This document shows positions 1 to 9,614 of a stretch of DNA of 64,000 nucleotides, in pieces. The notes beneath the pieces were generated by a model that was given only the letters and a program-made list of their open reading frames with translations, ran no database searches and was not told where the DNA came from. The position numbers and the translations under genes are program-made. The stretch's first letter is position 1; the number at the start of each line of letters is the position of its first letter. Source of the stretch: Candidatus Saccharimonadales bacterium (GTDB lineage: Bacteria > Patescibacteriota > Saccharimonadia > Saccharimonadales > UBA4665); assembly GCA_035758825.1 (NCBI GenBank), contig DASTWA010000009.1, positions 417 to 64,416 on the forward strand, given 5' to 3'.

Positions 1-1058
1 AAACCATTGAATACGGTCCTCGTGGCCAACTCATACTCGACCGTGACCCCACCTTGAGCCTGCTCTTCTTCGTTGCTCATTTTGTGAGATTGGGTGTCTG
101 TCTCTTGGGTAACAATCAGGCCGCCGGGATGCTGCACATTAACCTCAAACGGACCGACCGTCATGTCTTGCGGGCCGCCGATATATGTGGCGATCACTTC
201 CACGGTCAATCTGCGGTCCACCGAATTATCTCCATACACTAATGAAAGCGGCTCAAACTTCACTTTAGTAAAGGATCGGCAATCCGTAATAACAATGGTG
301 CCGCAGACAGTATATTTTCCGGGTTCTAGCTTAAAGGTATGAAGATAGTACACCGGCTGGTACGCAGGATCGACAAACCGGTCGCTGTTCGGATCGTCAC
401 TCCCCAAAGCAGGCTCCTTGACAGGCTCCGCAGTTGATACCACCTTGCCGCTGGCATCTTTTATTACAAGCTCTATGGTCTGGCCGGACGAACTGTTGGG
501 GTTGGGCGAGTTTACCATCACCGTAACCTCTTTTTGCTGCTCGGTTTCGGTCTGCTGGTTTGACCCTGGCCGGGTGCCGTTGATCGTTATACTGCGGTTG
601 TAGTCTTCGCTGACACCCGGAAACCTTGGGCCGTCCCACTCATTATGACAATCACGAAACGGCCAGACGCCTGTGCAAACCTCTTTGACCTTCATGTCGT
701 TACAATAGACCGCTCCAGTCGGCCGGGCAGAGTCACCTTCGGGTATTTTTGGCAGCGGATAGCTGATCCTGCCCGATTTGTCGTCGTTCAAGGTAATGGT
801 GAAGCCGACGTCACAACCTCGCTTGTGCTCAGGCAAATCCGGCGCAGCGTTGAACCTATGAGGGCTACTCCCTTGAATCAGCTTATACTGGTACGAGCCT
901 TTCAAGTCTCCGCCCGAAACAGTAATTGTATTGTAATCTTTCCAGGTAAACGTCTCCCCGGCGGCGGCAGCCTGCTGAGGGAATAGCACCGATACGGTTG
1001 TCAAAAAGCTTATGACCGCCGCTATGCCGAACCCGAATCGCTTACATACTTGTTTCAT
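1..1058 (-). CDS. secreted protein of unknown function, C-terminus cut by window edge
   Basis: The minus-strand frame is open from ATG 1058-1056 to position 1. It is absent from the ORF track because no stop lies in the window; I checked the frame at several codons. The N-terminus MKQVCKRFGFGIAAVISFLTTVSVLFPQQAAAAG looks like a Sec signal peptide. The ATG overlaps the upstream TAA by 1 nt (TAATG). Confidence 0.6.
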   Translation of the reverse strand, partial: MKQVCKRFGFGIAAVISFLTTVSVLFPQQAAAAGETFTWKDYNTITVSGGDLKGSYQYKLIQGSSPHRFNAAPDLPEHKRGCDVGFTITLNDDKSGRISYPLPKIPEGDSARPTGAVYCNDMKVKEVCTGVWPFRDCHNEWDGPRFPGVSEDYNRSITINGTRPGSNQQTETEQQKEVTVMVNSPNPNSSSGQTIELVIKDASGKVVSTAEPVKEPALGSDDPNSDRFVDPAYQPVYYLHTFKLEPGKYTVCGTIVITDCRSFTKVKFEPLSLVYGDNSVDRRLTVEVIATYIGGPQDMTVGPFEVNVQHPGGLIVTQETDTQSHKMSNEEEQAQGGVTVEYELATRTVFNG

Positions 1059-1507
1059 TACTCATAACTTCCCCGAAAGTCATCAATCTTCCAGGTCTTA
1101 TCCTGTTTAAGTATAACTGCGGAAACCCAGAACTGGCGACCCTCAACTTGCGTGGCGTAAGTAAATCTCTGTGGATTACTGTAACCAGCGTAAGTGTTGA
1201 ATTGGTCGCGTATTGCCGCCTGCGAGGACAACACCGGAGACTGTAATCCCTGCACCGACCGCACAAACTCCTGCCAGGCTGATTGTTTGTACTGTGCCGC
1301 GTACCGGTCACTAAAGCGTTCGTAGGTTTTGATTGCCTCGCCGGCGGCGAGGTCTTCCATAAATGAAGCCATGGCCGCCTCGGGCGTATTTTTGGACGCC
1401 TGGTACCGGGCGACACCAACATAGGCCGCCAGCCCTACTGCCAGCGCCGATACGAACAAAACTATTCTTTTAGCCACGTACACGCCCCCTTGTGGTGCTC
1501 GGCACAC
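1058..1507 (-). CDS. N-terminally membrane-anchored hypothetical protein
   Basis: 149-aa ORF with a hydrophobic anchor (IVLFVSALAVGLAAYVGV) followed by a soluble domain. The real start is probably the internal GTG near 1477, preceded by AAGGGGG. It is coupled to the downstream gene. Confidence 0.55.
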   Translation of the reverse strand: MCRAPQGGVYVAKRIVLFVSALAVGLAAYVGVARYQASKNTPEAAMASFMEDLAAGEAIKTYERFSDRYAAQYKQSAWQEFVRSVQGLQSPVLSSQAAIRDQFNTYAGYSNPQRFTYATQVEGRQFWVSAVILKQDKTWKIDDFRGSYE

Positions 1508-1539
1508 TCATTCTGGTCTAAGATTAACAAAAATCCGCC

Positions 1540-2277
1540 TTATTTGCCATTGCCTTGGGCCGTCTTGCGGAGACTGTAAAAGCGCTCGACATTACCCTTT
1601 GATCCGGCAATATCCGAGTCGGATTTGTCTTCGACCACGAAGTACTGTCGCGCCCAATTTTCGAAGTCCCGGAGGATGTCACGGCGCATACGGTCATTCT
1701 TGATAACTCCCTTGTGCTTGAGGTTAGAAGCGACGGCTTCGAACTGCGGCTTTACCATAGCAATGATGCGCGTCTGCGGACCGCTAAGCCGGGCTACATG
1801 CGGCAAGACTTCGCGTAGGCTGATGAACGATACGTCTATGACGACGATGTCCGGCAAATCAGTAAGCGAATGCATGTCACGGATGTCGGTCTGTTCATGG
1901 AGTTCGATCCGCTGGTCACTGCGCAGGCTCGGGTGGAGCTGGTCGGTGCCGACGTCGACGGCAATGACCTTCCGTGCGCCGCGGCGCAGTGCAAAATCGG
2001 TAAATCCACCAGTGGAGCTACCGACGTCCAGCATTACCTTGCCCTTAAAATCCAGATGCAAGGTTTGCGCTACCGATGCCAGCTTAAGCGCGGCGCGGCT
2101 GACGTATTGCTCCTCGGCTTTGAGTTCGACGACAGCCGTTTCGTTCACAAAATGACCTGGCTTGGTAATGGCCTCCCCGTCAACCTGAACCTTGCCCAGG
2201 CGGATCCAACTTTCGGCCTGGCTGCGGCTCGCGACTAATCCGCGGGCATATACAAGTTGGTCAAGACGTTGCTTCAT
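1540..2277 (-). CDS. tlyA: TlyA-family rRNA (cytidine-2'-O)-methyltransferase
   Basis: 245 aa with an S4-like N-terminus and an FtsJ-type SAM fold carrying DVGSSTGGFTD. The protein is colinear with TlyA proteins along its full length. Confidence 0.85.
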   Translation of the reverse strand: MKQRLDQLVYARGLVASRSQAESWIRLGKVQVDGEAITKPGHFVNETAVVELKAEEQYVSRAALKLASVAQTLHLDFKGKVMLDVGSSTGGFTDFALRRGARKVIAVDVGTDQLHPSLRSDQRIELHEQTDIRDMHSLTDLPDIVVIDVSFISLREVLPHVARLSGPQTRIIAMVKPQFEAVASNLKHKGVIKNDRMRRDILRDFENWARQYFVVEDKSDSDIAGSKGNVERFYSLRKTAQGNGK

Positions 2278-2301
2278 AGCTCTATTATAAAGGATTAACC
2301 C

Positions 2302-4032
2302 CTATAAACCGGCATTGATTTGCTGGGCGGCATCAGCGATACCCGACCAGGCGCCGCCATAGGTCATGACCACCAGCACGTAAGTTTTGCCAGAGCCGTA
2401 CACAATCGCTGCGTCGTGCAGATAGCCATCGACATCACCGACCTTATCGGCGACTGTGCCACCCGCGCCTTTTGGTATACCGGCCCGGGTGTAGCTCTGG
2501 CGCTTCATGGCGTCGATCAGACGATCGCGTCCAGCGCTGGACATCAGCGAGCCCTTCTCGAGCCGGTACAAAAAGTAAGCTAAATCATTCGAGGTGGTAT
2601 ACATCGACGAGCCAAGCTGCGTGCTGTTGCTCAGACCTAAATCATGCATTTGGGCGGTAATCGTCCGCCAACCAATGCGGCTGCCGAAGGCCTTTGGGCA
2701 GGAGTTGTCAGAAACTACAATCATGTCATCAAAACACTGGGCGACGGTTCGGCTGCCGAGGCTCTCTGACCAGCTCATGCGGCCAGCTTCAACCTCTTTT
2801 ACCACTGCGTAGGCGACATACAGCTTGTAAGTGCTGGCAGCTACGAATTGCTTGTTGCCATTTACATTCACACTGGGGCCATCGACTTTCATCATGGCGA
2901 TGCCATACCCGGGATGGGCTGCACTCACCTTGTTCATAAGCGACACTAGTCGCTGGTCAGTGTTGCTGTACTGGCGGTCGTATTCGACTATCGGGTCCAA
3001 TTTGCCGGTCTGCAGTGAGAGGGTCGTCTTTTCTCCCTTCTGGATAGCCGCATCTACAGCGGCAATGGCCTTGTCGACAATGATGCCGTGGCCAGCGGCG
3101 CCAGTTTCTCGGTCAACCTCCCGGTCGTCGATGAGGTGGATTTTGGTCGTACCCGGCGCCTTATAAATTTTGGATGCAGCAGTAGCCAGGTAGGCAGCTA
3201 CAGCATCATGCTTGAGCTCAATTTTTAAGTCGTACGCTGGGGCCACCTCCGAAAAGGTCAGCCATGATGCGACTGTCTTTTTATCCGGCTTAGCAGTCTC
3301 GGCTTCAAACGTCAGAGTAAGCGGCGTGTCGATCGATCGCTGCGCCTCATCCAAATGCCGCCCTACCTCCTCGTCCGTACGGTTGGCTGGTTTGGTATCG
3401 GAGACCAGCGACACGGTAGTCTGTGGTTCGTAGGACGCCGCCCTCAGGGCGTCGGCTGTAGCTTTTGCCGGGTACGCCTTGCTCGGCTGCGATGGGACAA
3501 GCTTGGCTTTGGCGCCGTCGGCAATGATCTTGGCGTCAACCGGAGCTACGGCCCCTTCTTTGGCAACCCGGTCAGCAAATACACCCAGCTTGGCGCTGTC
3601 AAAGGTCGTAACAGGAGCCGTATTGCGGCTAAGTGCCACAACAACGGAAGAAAACGGAATCAGACGCTCCCAGAACGGATAGTCAGCTGCCTTCTTGGCA
3701 GTCAGGCCAGCGTCAATATCAACACCCGCTTCCTCAAAGGACAGTTTAAAATCCTTACTGGCGGTCTTTACGGTTATACTTGCTCCGCTATACAGCTCGT
3801 CTATGTGGCGGCTGACCTCGCCCGTGCTACTGCCACCAACGCGCTGGTCGCCTACACGGACCAATGGCAGTACGCGGCTCGTTGGATACGCCAGCTGCAC
3901 GACGGTCACTAGCACCGAAAGGGCTATGAGACAAAGGCCAGCGATTCTGAGCAGAGGCTCATGGTCACGCATCCACCAGCGGACGTTCCGTATAAGCCGG
4001 CGCTTCTTGTATTGCCACCCGTTCAAAACCAT
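2302..4032 (-). CDS. membrane-anchored serine hydrolase, class A beta-lactamase-like C-terminal domain
   Basis: I moved the start from 4083 to ATG 4032 (MVLNGW...) because the efp terminator hairpin lies inside the longer extension. The protein has a TM anchor (LLRIAGLCLIALSVLVTVV). The C-terminal domain carries STYK, SDN and KVG (at the KTG position). Confidence 0.7.
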   Translation of the reverse strand: MVLNGWQYKKRRLIRNVRWWMRDHEPLLRIAGLCLIALSVLVTVVQLAYPTSRVLPLVRVGDQRVGGSSTGEVSRHIDELYSGASITVKTASKDFKLSFEEAGVDIDAGLTAKKAADYPFWERLIPFSSVVVALSRNTAPVTTFDSAKLGVFADRVAKEGAVAPVDAKIIADGAKAKLVPSQPSKAYPAKATADALRAASYEPQTTVSLVSDTKPANRTDEEVGRHLDEAQRSIDTPLTLTFEAETAKPDKKTVASWLTFSEVAPAYDLKIELKHDAVAAYLATAASKIYKAPGTTKIHLIDDREVDRETGAAGHGIIVDKAIAAVDAAIQKGEKTTLSLQTGKLDPIVEYDRQYSNTDQRLVSLMNKVSAAHPGYGIAMMKVDGPSVNVNGNKQFVAASTYKLYVAYAVVKEVEAGRMSWSESLGSRTVAQCFDDMIVVSDNSCPKAFGSRIGWRTITAQMHDLGLSNSTQLGSSMYTTSNDLAYFLYRLEKGSLMSSAGRDRLIDAMKRQSYTRAGIPKGAGGTVADKVGDVDGYLHDAAIVYGSGKTYVLVVMTYGGAWSGIADAAQQINAGL

Positions 4033-4050
4033 ACGCTCTAGTATAACAAG

Positions 4051-4076
4051 AAAGACAGGCCTGAGAGCCTGCCTTT
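4051..4076 (-). terminator. intrinsic terminator after efp
   Basis: aaagacaggc/gcctgccttt forms a hairpin (10 bp, 1 mismatch, 6-nt loop). On the minus strand it is followed by TTTCTTGTT. It lies about 20 nt downstream of the efp stop. Confidence 0.55.
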
Positions 4077-4095
4077 CCAGCAAAAACGTATCCGA

Positions 4096-4662
4096 TTACT
4101 CTTTGGAGCGCTCGAGGTAATCACCGGTGCGGGTATCGACCTTAATGATGTCGCCCTGCTTAATAAAAGCCGGCACCTTGATGGTGATACCAGTCTCGAG
4201 GGTGGCGTCCTTAAGGACACTGCTGGTAGTATCACCCTTCACGACGTTCTCGGTATACGTAACTTCAAGTGGTACGTTCTTGGCCATTTCAATGCTGATA
4301 ACGTTGCCGTCGAATAACTGCACCTGTACGCGGTCACCTTCCTTTAAGTAGCCGGCGGCATCGCCGACGATGTCTGCCGGAATCTCGAACTGCTCGAAGG
4401 TTTCTTCCTGCATAAAGAACCAGGTCGTACCGTCATTGTACAAGTATTGGGCATTCACGTTGGTAACGTCAGCGCTGCTGATTGATTCATTACCCTTGAA
4501 TGTCTTTTCCAGAACTTTGCCGTCAATGAGGCTCTTGATGCGGACGTTCACAATGGAACCGCCGCGCCCCATAACCTTCTGTGAGTATTCAACGACACGG
4601 TAAGGCACACCATCAAGCTGGAAGATTGTTCCCTTTTTGAGGTCTGTAATGCTAAGTGCCAT
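4096..4662 (-). CDS. efp: elongation factor P
   Basis: 188 aa, colinear by eye with E. coli and B. subtilis EF-P (…YRVVEYSQKVMGRGGSIVNVRIKSL…QYLYNDG…). Confidence 0.95.
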   Translation of the reverse strand: MALSITDLKKGTIFQLDGVPYRVVEYSQKVMGRGGSIVNVRIKSLIDGKVLEKTFKGNESISSADVTNVNAQYLYNDGTTWFFMQEETFEQFEIPADIVGDAAGYLKEGDRVQVQLFDGNVISIEMAKNVPLEVTYTENVVKGDTTSSVLKDATLETGITIKVPAFIKQGDIIKVDTRTGDYLERSKE

Positions 4663-4670
4663 GATGTCTC

Positions 4671-5003
4671 CTATTCCATGCCGGAAATTAATTGTTCGAT
4701 GCCGGCCGAGATGTGCGCCACGTCGACCGCTCCGAACATATTATATTCACTCGCCTTCAGGATGCTCTGCTCGAGCTGCCCTAGGCGCTGTTTGCCTTCC
4801 TTGGCGTGCTGCAATTGCTCCGCCCTGGTTTCGGCATACTCATAGTCGCGGGCATCAAGCCGGATATCTACGAGCTGATGTTTGAGGTTGGTGACAAGGT
4901 CCTTCTGCTGCATCGGCAGCTCACTTATGTCATAGAACGATAAGATGCTGCTGATTTGCGACTCTAATGCCTTAGCTTGGTCGTGCAGTGAATTACTTGC
5001 CAC
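4671..5003 (-). CDS. hypothetical coiled-coil-like protein
   Basis: 110-aa ORF tightly packed between rpsR and efp (gaps of 15 and 8 nt). I recognise no family. Confidence 0.5.
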   Translation of the reverse strand: MASNSLHDQAKALESQISSILSFYDISELPMQQKDLVTNLKHQLVDIRLDARDYEYAETRAEQLQHAKEGKQRLGQLEQSILKASEYNMFGAVDVAHISAGIEQLISGME

Positions 5004-5018
5004 CCTGTCCTCAAAATC

Positions 5019-5222
5019 CTAGTTGTTTGCTACGAATGGCAGCAGTGCGATGTGGCGTGCGCGCTTGATAGCGGTAGCCAAACGGCGCTGCTGGCTCTCG
5101 GTAAGACCGGTCTTCTTGCGGGTCTCGATCTGGCCGTACACGTTTACAAAGCGCTGCAAGGTCTTGAAGTCCTTGTAGTCAAAGTAAGGTACGTCTGTCT
5201 TGTGCTTAAAAATCTTAGCCAT
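5019..5222 (-). CDS. rpsR: 30S ribosomal protein S18
   Basis: 67 aa with …YKDFKTLQRFVNVYGQIETRKKTGL…RRLATAIKRARHIALLPF, typical of S18. It sits in the rpsF-ssb-rpsR order. Confidence 0.95.
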   Translation of the reverse strand: MAKIFKHKTDVPYFDYKDFKTLQRFVNVYGQIETRKKTGLTESQQRRLATAIKRARHIALLPFVANN

Positions 5223-5246
5223 TAGTTATAAATCCTTTTGCTTTGC

Positions 5247-5708
5247 TTAAAATGGAATGTCGTCGAGGTTGATCGGCTCATCGCCGATACCCTCAGATTC
5301 ATCCTTCTTCTTGTTCGAAGCGCCGCCGGAGCTGGCGCGTGGTGCTGGCGCAGAATCGCTGCCTTCACCGCCTTCGCCTCGGCCATCCAGGAAGGTTACA
5401 TCGGTAGCGAGCACTTCCACCTTGCTGCGCTTTTGACCGTCCTGCTCCCAGCTGCGGCTTTGCAAGCGGCCTTGTACTAAGACGCGGCGGCCCTTGCTAA
5501 GGTACTGGGAAACGCGTTCACCAAGAGGACCCCACGCAACTACATCGATGTAATCGGTAGCTTCCTGCCACTCACCACTCTGGTCTTTGTAAGAGCGGTT
5601 AAGAGCAAGGCTAAAGCTTGCAACGCTCTGACCGCTCGGTGTCTGACGGAGTTCTGGATCCCGGGTAAGGTTACCCAATAAGATGACTTGGTTTACACTT
5701 CGTGCCAT
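5247..5708 (-). CDS. ssb: single-stranded DNA-binding protein
   Basis: 153 aa with an OB-fold N-terminus (NQVILLGNLTRDPELRQTPSG), a Gly-rich linker and the acidic tip DDIPF. Confidence 0.95.
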   Translation of the reverse strand: MARSVNQVILLGNLTRDPELRQTPSGQSVASFSLALNRSYKDQSGEWQEATDYIDVVAWGPLGERVSQYLSKGRRVLVQGRLQSRSWEQDGQKRSKVEVLATDVTFLDGRGEGGEGSDSAPAPRASSGGASNKKKDESEGIGDEPINLDDIPF

Positions 5709-5754
5709 ATGCTGGCTCCCCTCTTCTAACTTAACCCTCTAAAATTGCTGTTAT

Positions 5755-6138
5755 CTACTCTTCGGTTTTTTCAGCAGAAGCTTCTGCTGCTTCGCCGCGC
5801 TCGGCTGCCTTCTTGGCTTTCTCGGCCTTCAGGGCTTCTGCCTTGGCGATTGCCTTCAGGTCAGGACGGGTAATCAAGAAACGGACTACTTCGTCGGTAA
5901 TGTTAAGCGTGCTTTCAATCTTGCGGACGCTCTGGGCTGGCAGCTCCAATGTGTAGAAAACGTACACAGCGTGCTCGTTCTTCTTGATTGGGTATGCAAG
6001 CTTGCGCTTACCCCAGTTGTCAGCATTGACAACCTTGCCACCGTTGTCGGTAAAGATTTTCTCTACACGGCTGGTTGCTTTTTCCAGATCGATTTCGAGA
6101 TCTGGGTGGTACAATACGGCGATTTCGTATTGGCTCAT
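5755..6138 (-). CDS. rpsF: 30S ribosomal protein S6
   Basis: The start is set at MSQYEIAVLYHPD (ATG 6138), preceded by AAGGAGG. The track start at 6165 adds 9 unlikely residues. The C-terminal tail is acidic and Lys-rich. Confidence 0.9.
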   Translation of the reverse strand: MSQYEIAVLYHPDLEIDLEKATSRVEKIFTDNGGKVVNADNWGKRKLAYPIKKNEHAVYVFYTLELPAQSVRKIESTLNITDEVVRFLITRPDLKAIAKAEALKAEKAKKAAERGEAAEASAEKTEE

Positions 6139-6286
6139 CGCTCCTCCTTTGGAATCCGCTCCCACTGGATAGCGGGCTGACGGATGCGTAAGTTTCTCAC
6201 TTCTTACGCAGGTTAATTATTAACAGAGGTAATTATACCATGCCCAAGGTGTTGTCGTCCACCCCTTAAACTGATACCATGGGTAG

Positions 6287-7246
6287 GTGAAACAAACTCC
6301 ATCTATCGTGATTTCCGGTTCGATAGCAATCGACCGGATTATGAATTTTTCGGGCCGTTATAAGGACCATATCCAGCCCGAAAAACTCGACACATTATCC
6401 ATATCAATCTTCTTGGACGCCCTGCAGGATGCGCACGGCGGCGTAGGCGCTAATATCACCTACTCCCTCGCCCTGCTCGGCGATGAACCAATATTGCTCG
6501 GCGCTGTCGGTCCTGACGGCCTGCTGTACATGGAAAAGCTGGCGCACCATGGCGTCAACATCGCCCATGTGTACGAAAGCAAGCTGCCAACTGCCACCTT
6601 CAATGTGATCACGGACGGCGACCAAAACCAGGTCGGCGGTTTCTATCCGGGTGCAATGTTCGACAGCGACGCGCTCAGTTTCGAAACATGGAAGGACGAA
6701 GCGGCTATCGTTGTTGTCTCGCCGCACGACCCCAAGGCCATGCAGCGTCAGGTACAGGAAGCCAAGCAATATGGCTTGCGCATGATGTATGACATCGGCC
6801 AACAGGTCAGCAACTTGCCTGGCGACCAAATGCGCGAAGGCGTCGAAGCCGCCAGCATCCTTATCCTTAACGACTACGAGATGACAGTGCTGAGCGAAAA
6901 GACCGGCCTGAGTATCGACGAAATCAAATCGAAGGTGCCGATTGTCATTACCACCCTTGGCAAGGACGGCTCGATCATCGAGGGCAAAGATGTGCCTGAG
7001 CCAATCAAAGTCGGTGTAGTCAAACCCGACCAAGTCCTCGACCCCACCGGCGCCGGCGACGCCTTCCGCTCCGGCTTTTTATACGGCCTGGCCCGCGAAT
7101 GGCCGCTCAAGGCCTGCGCCCAGCTTGGCGCAGTCTGCGGCACGTACGCCATCGAGAGCATGGGAACCCAGTCGCACGAATTCACACTCGACGATGTTAA
7201 ACAGCGGTACACGGCCGCTTTCGGGGAGGCGCTGCCAGAGAATTAA
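6287..7246 (+). CDS. PfkB-family carbohydrate/nucleoside kinase (possibly adenosine kinase)
   Basis: 319 aa with a GTG start, GGVGANI and the DPTGAGDAFRSGFLYG signature. It lies immediately upstream of ahcY. Confidence 0.8.
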   Translation: MKQTPSIVISGSIAIDRIMNFSGRYKDHIQPEKLDTLSISIFLDALQDAHGGVGANITYSLALLGDEPILLGAVGPDGLLYMEKLAHHGVNIAHVYESKLPTATFNVITDGDQNQVGGFYPGAMFDSDALSFETWKDEAAIVVVSPHDPKAMQRQVQEAKQYGLRMMYDIGQQVSNLPGDQMREGVEAASILILNDYEMTVLSEKTGLSIDEIKSKVPIVITTLGKDGSIIEGKDVPEPIKVGVVKPDQVLDPTGAGDAFRSGFLYGLAREWPLKACAQLGAVCGTYAIESMGTQSHEFTLDDVKQRYTAAFGEALPEN

Positions 7247-7288
7247 ACGGTGCTCCTTTAGGAATATTTTGTAAGAAAGGGATTTAGA

Positions 7289-8575
7289 ATGGACGATTAT
7301 AAGGTAAAAGACATCAAGCTCGCTGACTGGGGCCGCAAGGAAATCACCCTCGCCGAAAAAGAAATGCCAGGCCTCATGGCGCTGCGCGAGGAGTACAAGG
7401 ACGGCCAACCGCTCAAGGGAGCCCGCATCGCCGGCTCGCTGCACATGACCATCCAGACCGCAGTACTTATCGAAACCCTTACCGCCTTGGGCGCCGAGGT
7501 ACGCTGGGCATCCTGTAACATCTTTAGCACCCAGGACCAGGCGGCAGCCGCCATAGCTGCTGCCGGCATCCCTGTATTTGCCTGGAAGGGTGAAACCGAA
7601 GAAGAATATTGGGACTGCGTCGAGCAAACCCTCAAATTCAAAGAGGGCGGCCCGAACATGCTGCTCGACGACGGTGGCGACCTGACCGCCTGGGTCCACG
7701 ACAAGCATCCTGAAATGCTCGCTGACATCAAGGGTGTTTCCGAAGAGACTACCACGGGTGTGCACCACCTTTACAAGATGCTGGAATCCGGCAAGCTCAA
7801 GTTGCCCGCCATCAACGTTAACGACTCAGTTACCAAGAGCAAGTTCGACAACAAATATGGCTGCCGCGAATCATTAGTAGACGGCATCAAGCGCGCCACT
7901 GACGTGATGCTCGCTGGTAAGGTTGCCGTAGTTGCTGGTTACGGCGACGTCGGTAAGGGCTGTGCACAGTCTCTGGACACCTACGGCTGCCGCGTACTGG
8001 TAACCGAAATTGACCCGATCTGTGCCCTGCAGGCCATGATGGAAGGCTACGAAGTCGTGACTATGGAAGACGCTGTCAAAGAAGGCGACATCTTTGTTAC
8101 TACTACCGGCTGCCGCGACATTATCACCTTAGAGCACATGAAGAACATGAAGGACACGGCCATCGTCTGCAATATCGGCCACTTTGACATCGAAATCCAG
8201 GTCGAAGCCCTGGGCAACTTCCCTGGTATCAAGAAGGAAGAAGTTAAACCTCAGGTGGACCTCTACACCTTCCCTGACGGACATCGCATCATCTTGCTGG
8301 CCGAAGGTCGCCTGGTGAACTTGGGCTGCGCCACCGGCCACCCATCGTTCGTTATGAGCAATTCATTCTCCAACCAGGTCCTGGCCCAGATTGAACTTTG
8401 GACCAAAGAGTACGAAATCGGCGTCTACTTCCTGCCTAAGGATCTCGACGAAAAGGTCGCCAGGCTGCACGTCGAAGCCCTTGGCGGCAAGATCAGCAAG
8501 CTGACCCCCGAGCAATCCGAATACCTCAGCATCCCTCTGGAAGGTCCATTCAAGCCAGAGCATTACCGCTACTAG
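7289..8575 (+). CDS. ahcY: adenosylhomocysteinase
   Basis: 428 aa with …[25 protein letters not shown]…[21 protein letters not shown]… and the NAD-binding [11 protein letters not shown]. Confidence 0.95.
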   Translation: MDDYKVKDIKLADWGRKEITLAEKEMPGLMALREEYKDGQPLKGARIAGSLHMTIQTAVLIETLTALGAEVRWASCNIFSTQDQAAAAIAAAGIPVFAWKGETEEEYWDCVEQTLKFKEGGPNMLLDDGGDLTAWVHDKHPEMLADIKGVSEETTTGVHHLYKMLESGKLKLPAINVNDSVTKSKFDNKYGCRESLVDGIKRATDVMLAGKVAVVAGYGDVGKGCAQSLDTYGCRVLVTEIDPICALQAMMEGYEVVTMEDAVKEGDIFVTTTGCRDIITLEHMKNMKDTAIVCNIGHFDIEIQVEALGNFPGIKKEEVKPQVDLYTFPDGHRIILLAEGRLVNLGCATGHPSFVMSNSFSNQVLAQIELWTKEYEIGVYFLPKDLDEKVARLHVEALGGKISKLTPEQSEYLSIPLEGPFKPEHYRY

Positions 8576-8665
8576 AATGTGACGGCACTACCCGCTCCAC
8601 ACCTTGAGCGGTCGCACCATCCCGATCAGTCGGCACGAGGCGCCAAAATCGCAATCATCTATAAA

Positions 8666-9499
8666 CTACTGCGAAAGTACGGCAAGCCCACCAAGCCGTG
8701 CTGCAGCCCGGGGACCGTCGCGGTATGCCGTGAATTTCTTTACCAATTCACGTGTAATGCCGCGGGCGCTGCTATTACTGCGGGCAATAAAGGAGTGGAC
8801 AAAATCACCTGGTCGGGTTGGCAGACCGGGTGATAATAGTTCGTAACTTCGGGCAAAACTATACGGCCGCTCAAGTGTATCTTCGGTCCGGTCGATCACC
8901 AAAGACAAAAGCAGATGCGCCAAATACCGGCGGCGGCGGGCGTCATCCGGGCTTTGGCCTGGGTCTATCGCCAAAAAGTCATCAATCACATCCGGCCGGA
9001 TATGATCCACGGGCTGCTGCATCACAAAATCTTTCATAAACTTCTGTACTACAGAAAAGGAGGCCACGCGGACCTCCTGGCTAGTATGCAGGCGCTCGAT
9101 CTGCGGCTGGCGCAGATCAACGACCTTTGGATCACCAAATCGCCTGAACCGTAGCGCTTGCAAAGGGATGTAACCAGCGGCGCATAATACGGTCGCCCTG
9201 AAGCGCTCTGTAGGATTTGCAGGAAGTTTGGGGCCATAATAAGCTGCGTGATATGCGTTATGTGTTGCACGCATCACCAACTGGATGCGTGCATTACGCA
9301 GTGCGTCCCCACCGAACCCATCATGGACTACCTCGCGGGCCGGGTGGAAGACGTGGTTCCAGTCTGCGATAACCTGTCCCGTCCCGTGATCTGCCGCCGG
9401 AGCCTCACCATGCAAAATCGGCACTACCCGCTCATCGGGCACAATCAACAACGGCAGACCGCTTATGGGGTCTGCCGGGGTGTATTCGCCTGTTGTCAT
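8666..9499 (-). CDS. hypothetical protein
   Basis: 277-aa ORF with no signal peptide or TM segment and no family I recognise. Confidence 0.5.
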   Translation of the reverse strand: MTTGEYTPADPISGLPLLIVPDERVVPILHGEAPAADHGTGQVIADWNHVFHPAREVVHDGFGGDALRNARIQLVMRATHNAYHAAYYGPKLPANPTERFRATVLCAAGYIPLQALRFRRFGDPKVVDLRQPQIERLHTSQEVRVASFSVVQKFMKDFVMQQPVDHIRPDVIDDFLAIDPGQSPDDARRRRYLAHLLLSLVIDRTEDTLERPYSFARSYELLSPGLPTRPGDFVHSFIARSNSSARGITRELVKKFTAYRDGPRAAARLGGLAVLSQ

Positions 9500-9614
9500 C
9501 TTTTTGTTCGTTCACCTGCTTACGCTTATGGTAAACAATGGTAGATAGCGAACAATATGAGAAAAATCACATCTTAGATGATTTTGGCCACCGCTCCAAG
9601 AGGAAGCGTTGCAG

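Noticed and set aside
6166-6286. rpsF (S6:S18) autoregulatory leader structure
   Set aside because: Only a short 7-bp hairpin (gcgtaag…cttacgc) is visible upstream of rpsF. I cannot match it to the known leader motif without a covariance model.
7079-7768. 229-aa minus-strand ORF spanning the PfkB/ahcY junction
   Set aside because: It overlaps two well-supported plus-strand genes and crosses their intergenic spacer. It has no motifs.
8666-9499. Possible His-Me/HNH-type nuclease (WNHVFHP … THNAYH)
   Set aside because: The histidine-containing strings do not fit the HNH spacing or Cys/zinc context. The support is too weak to claim.
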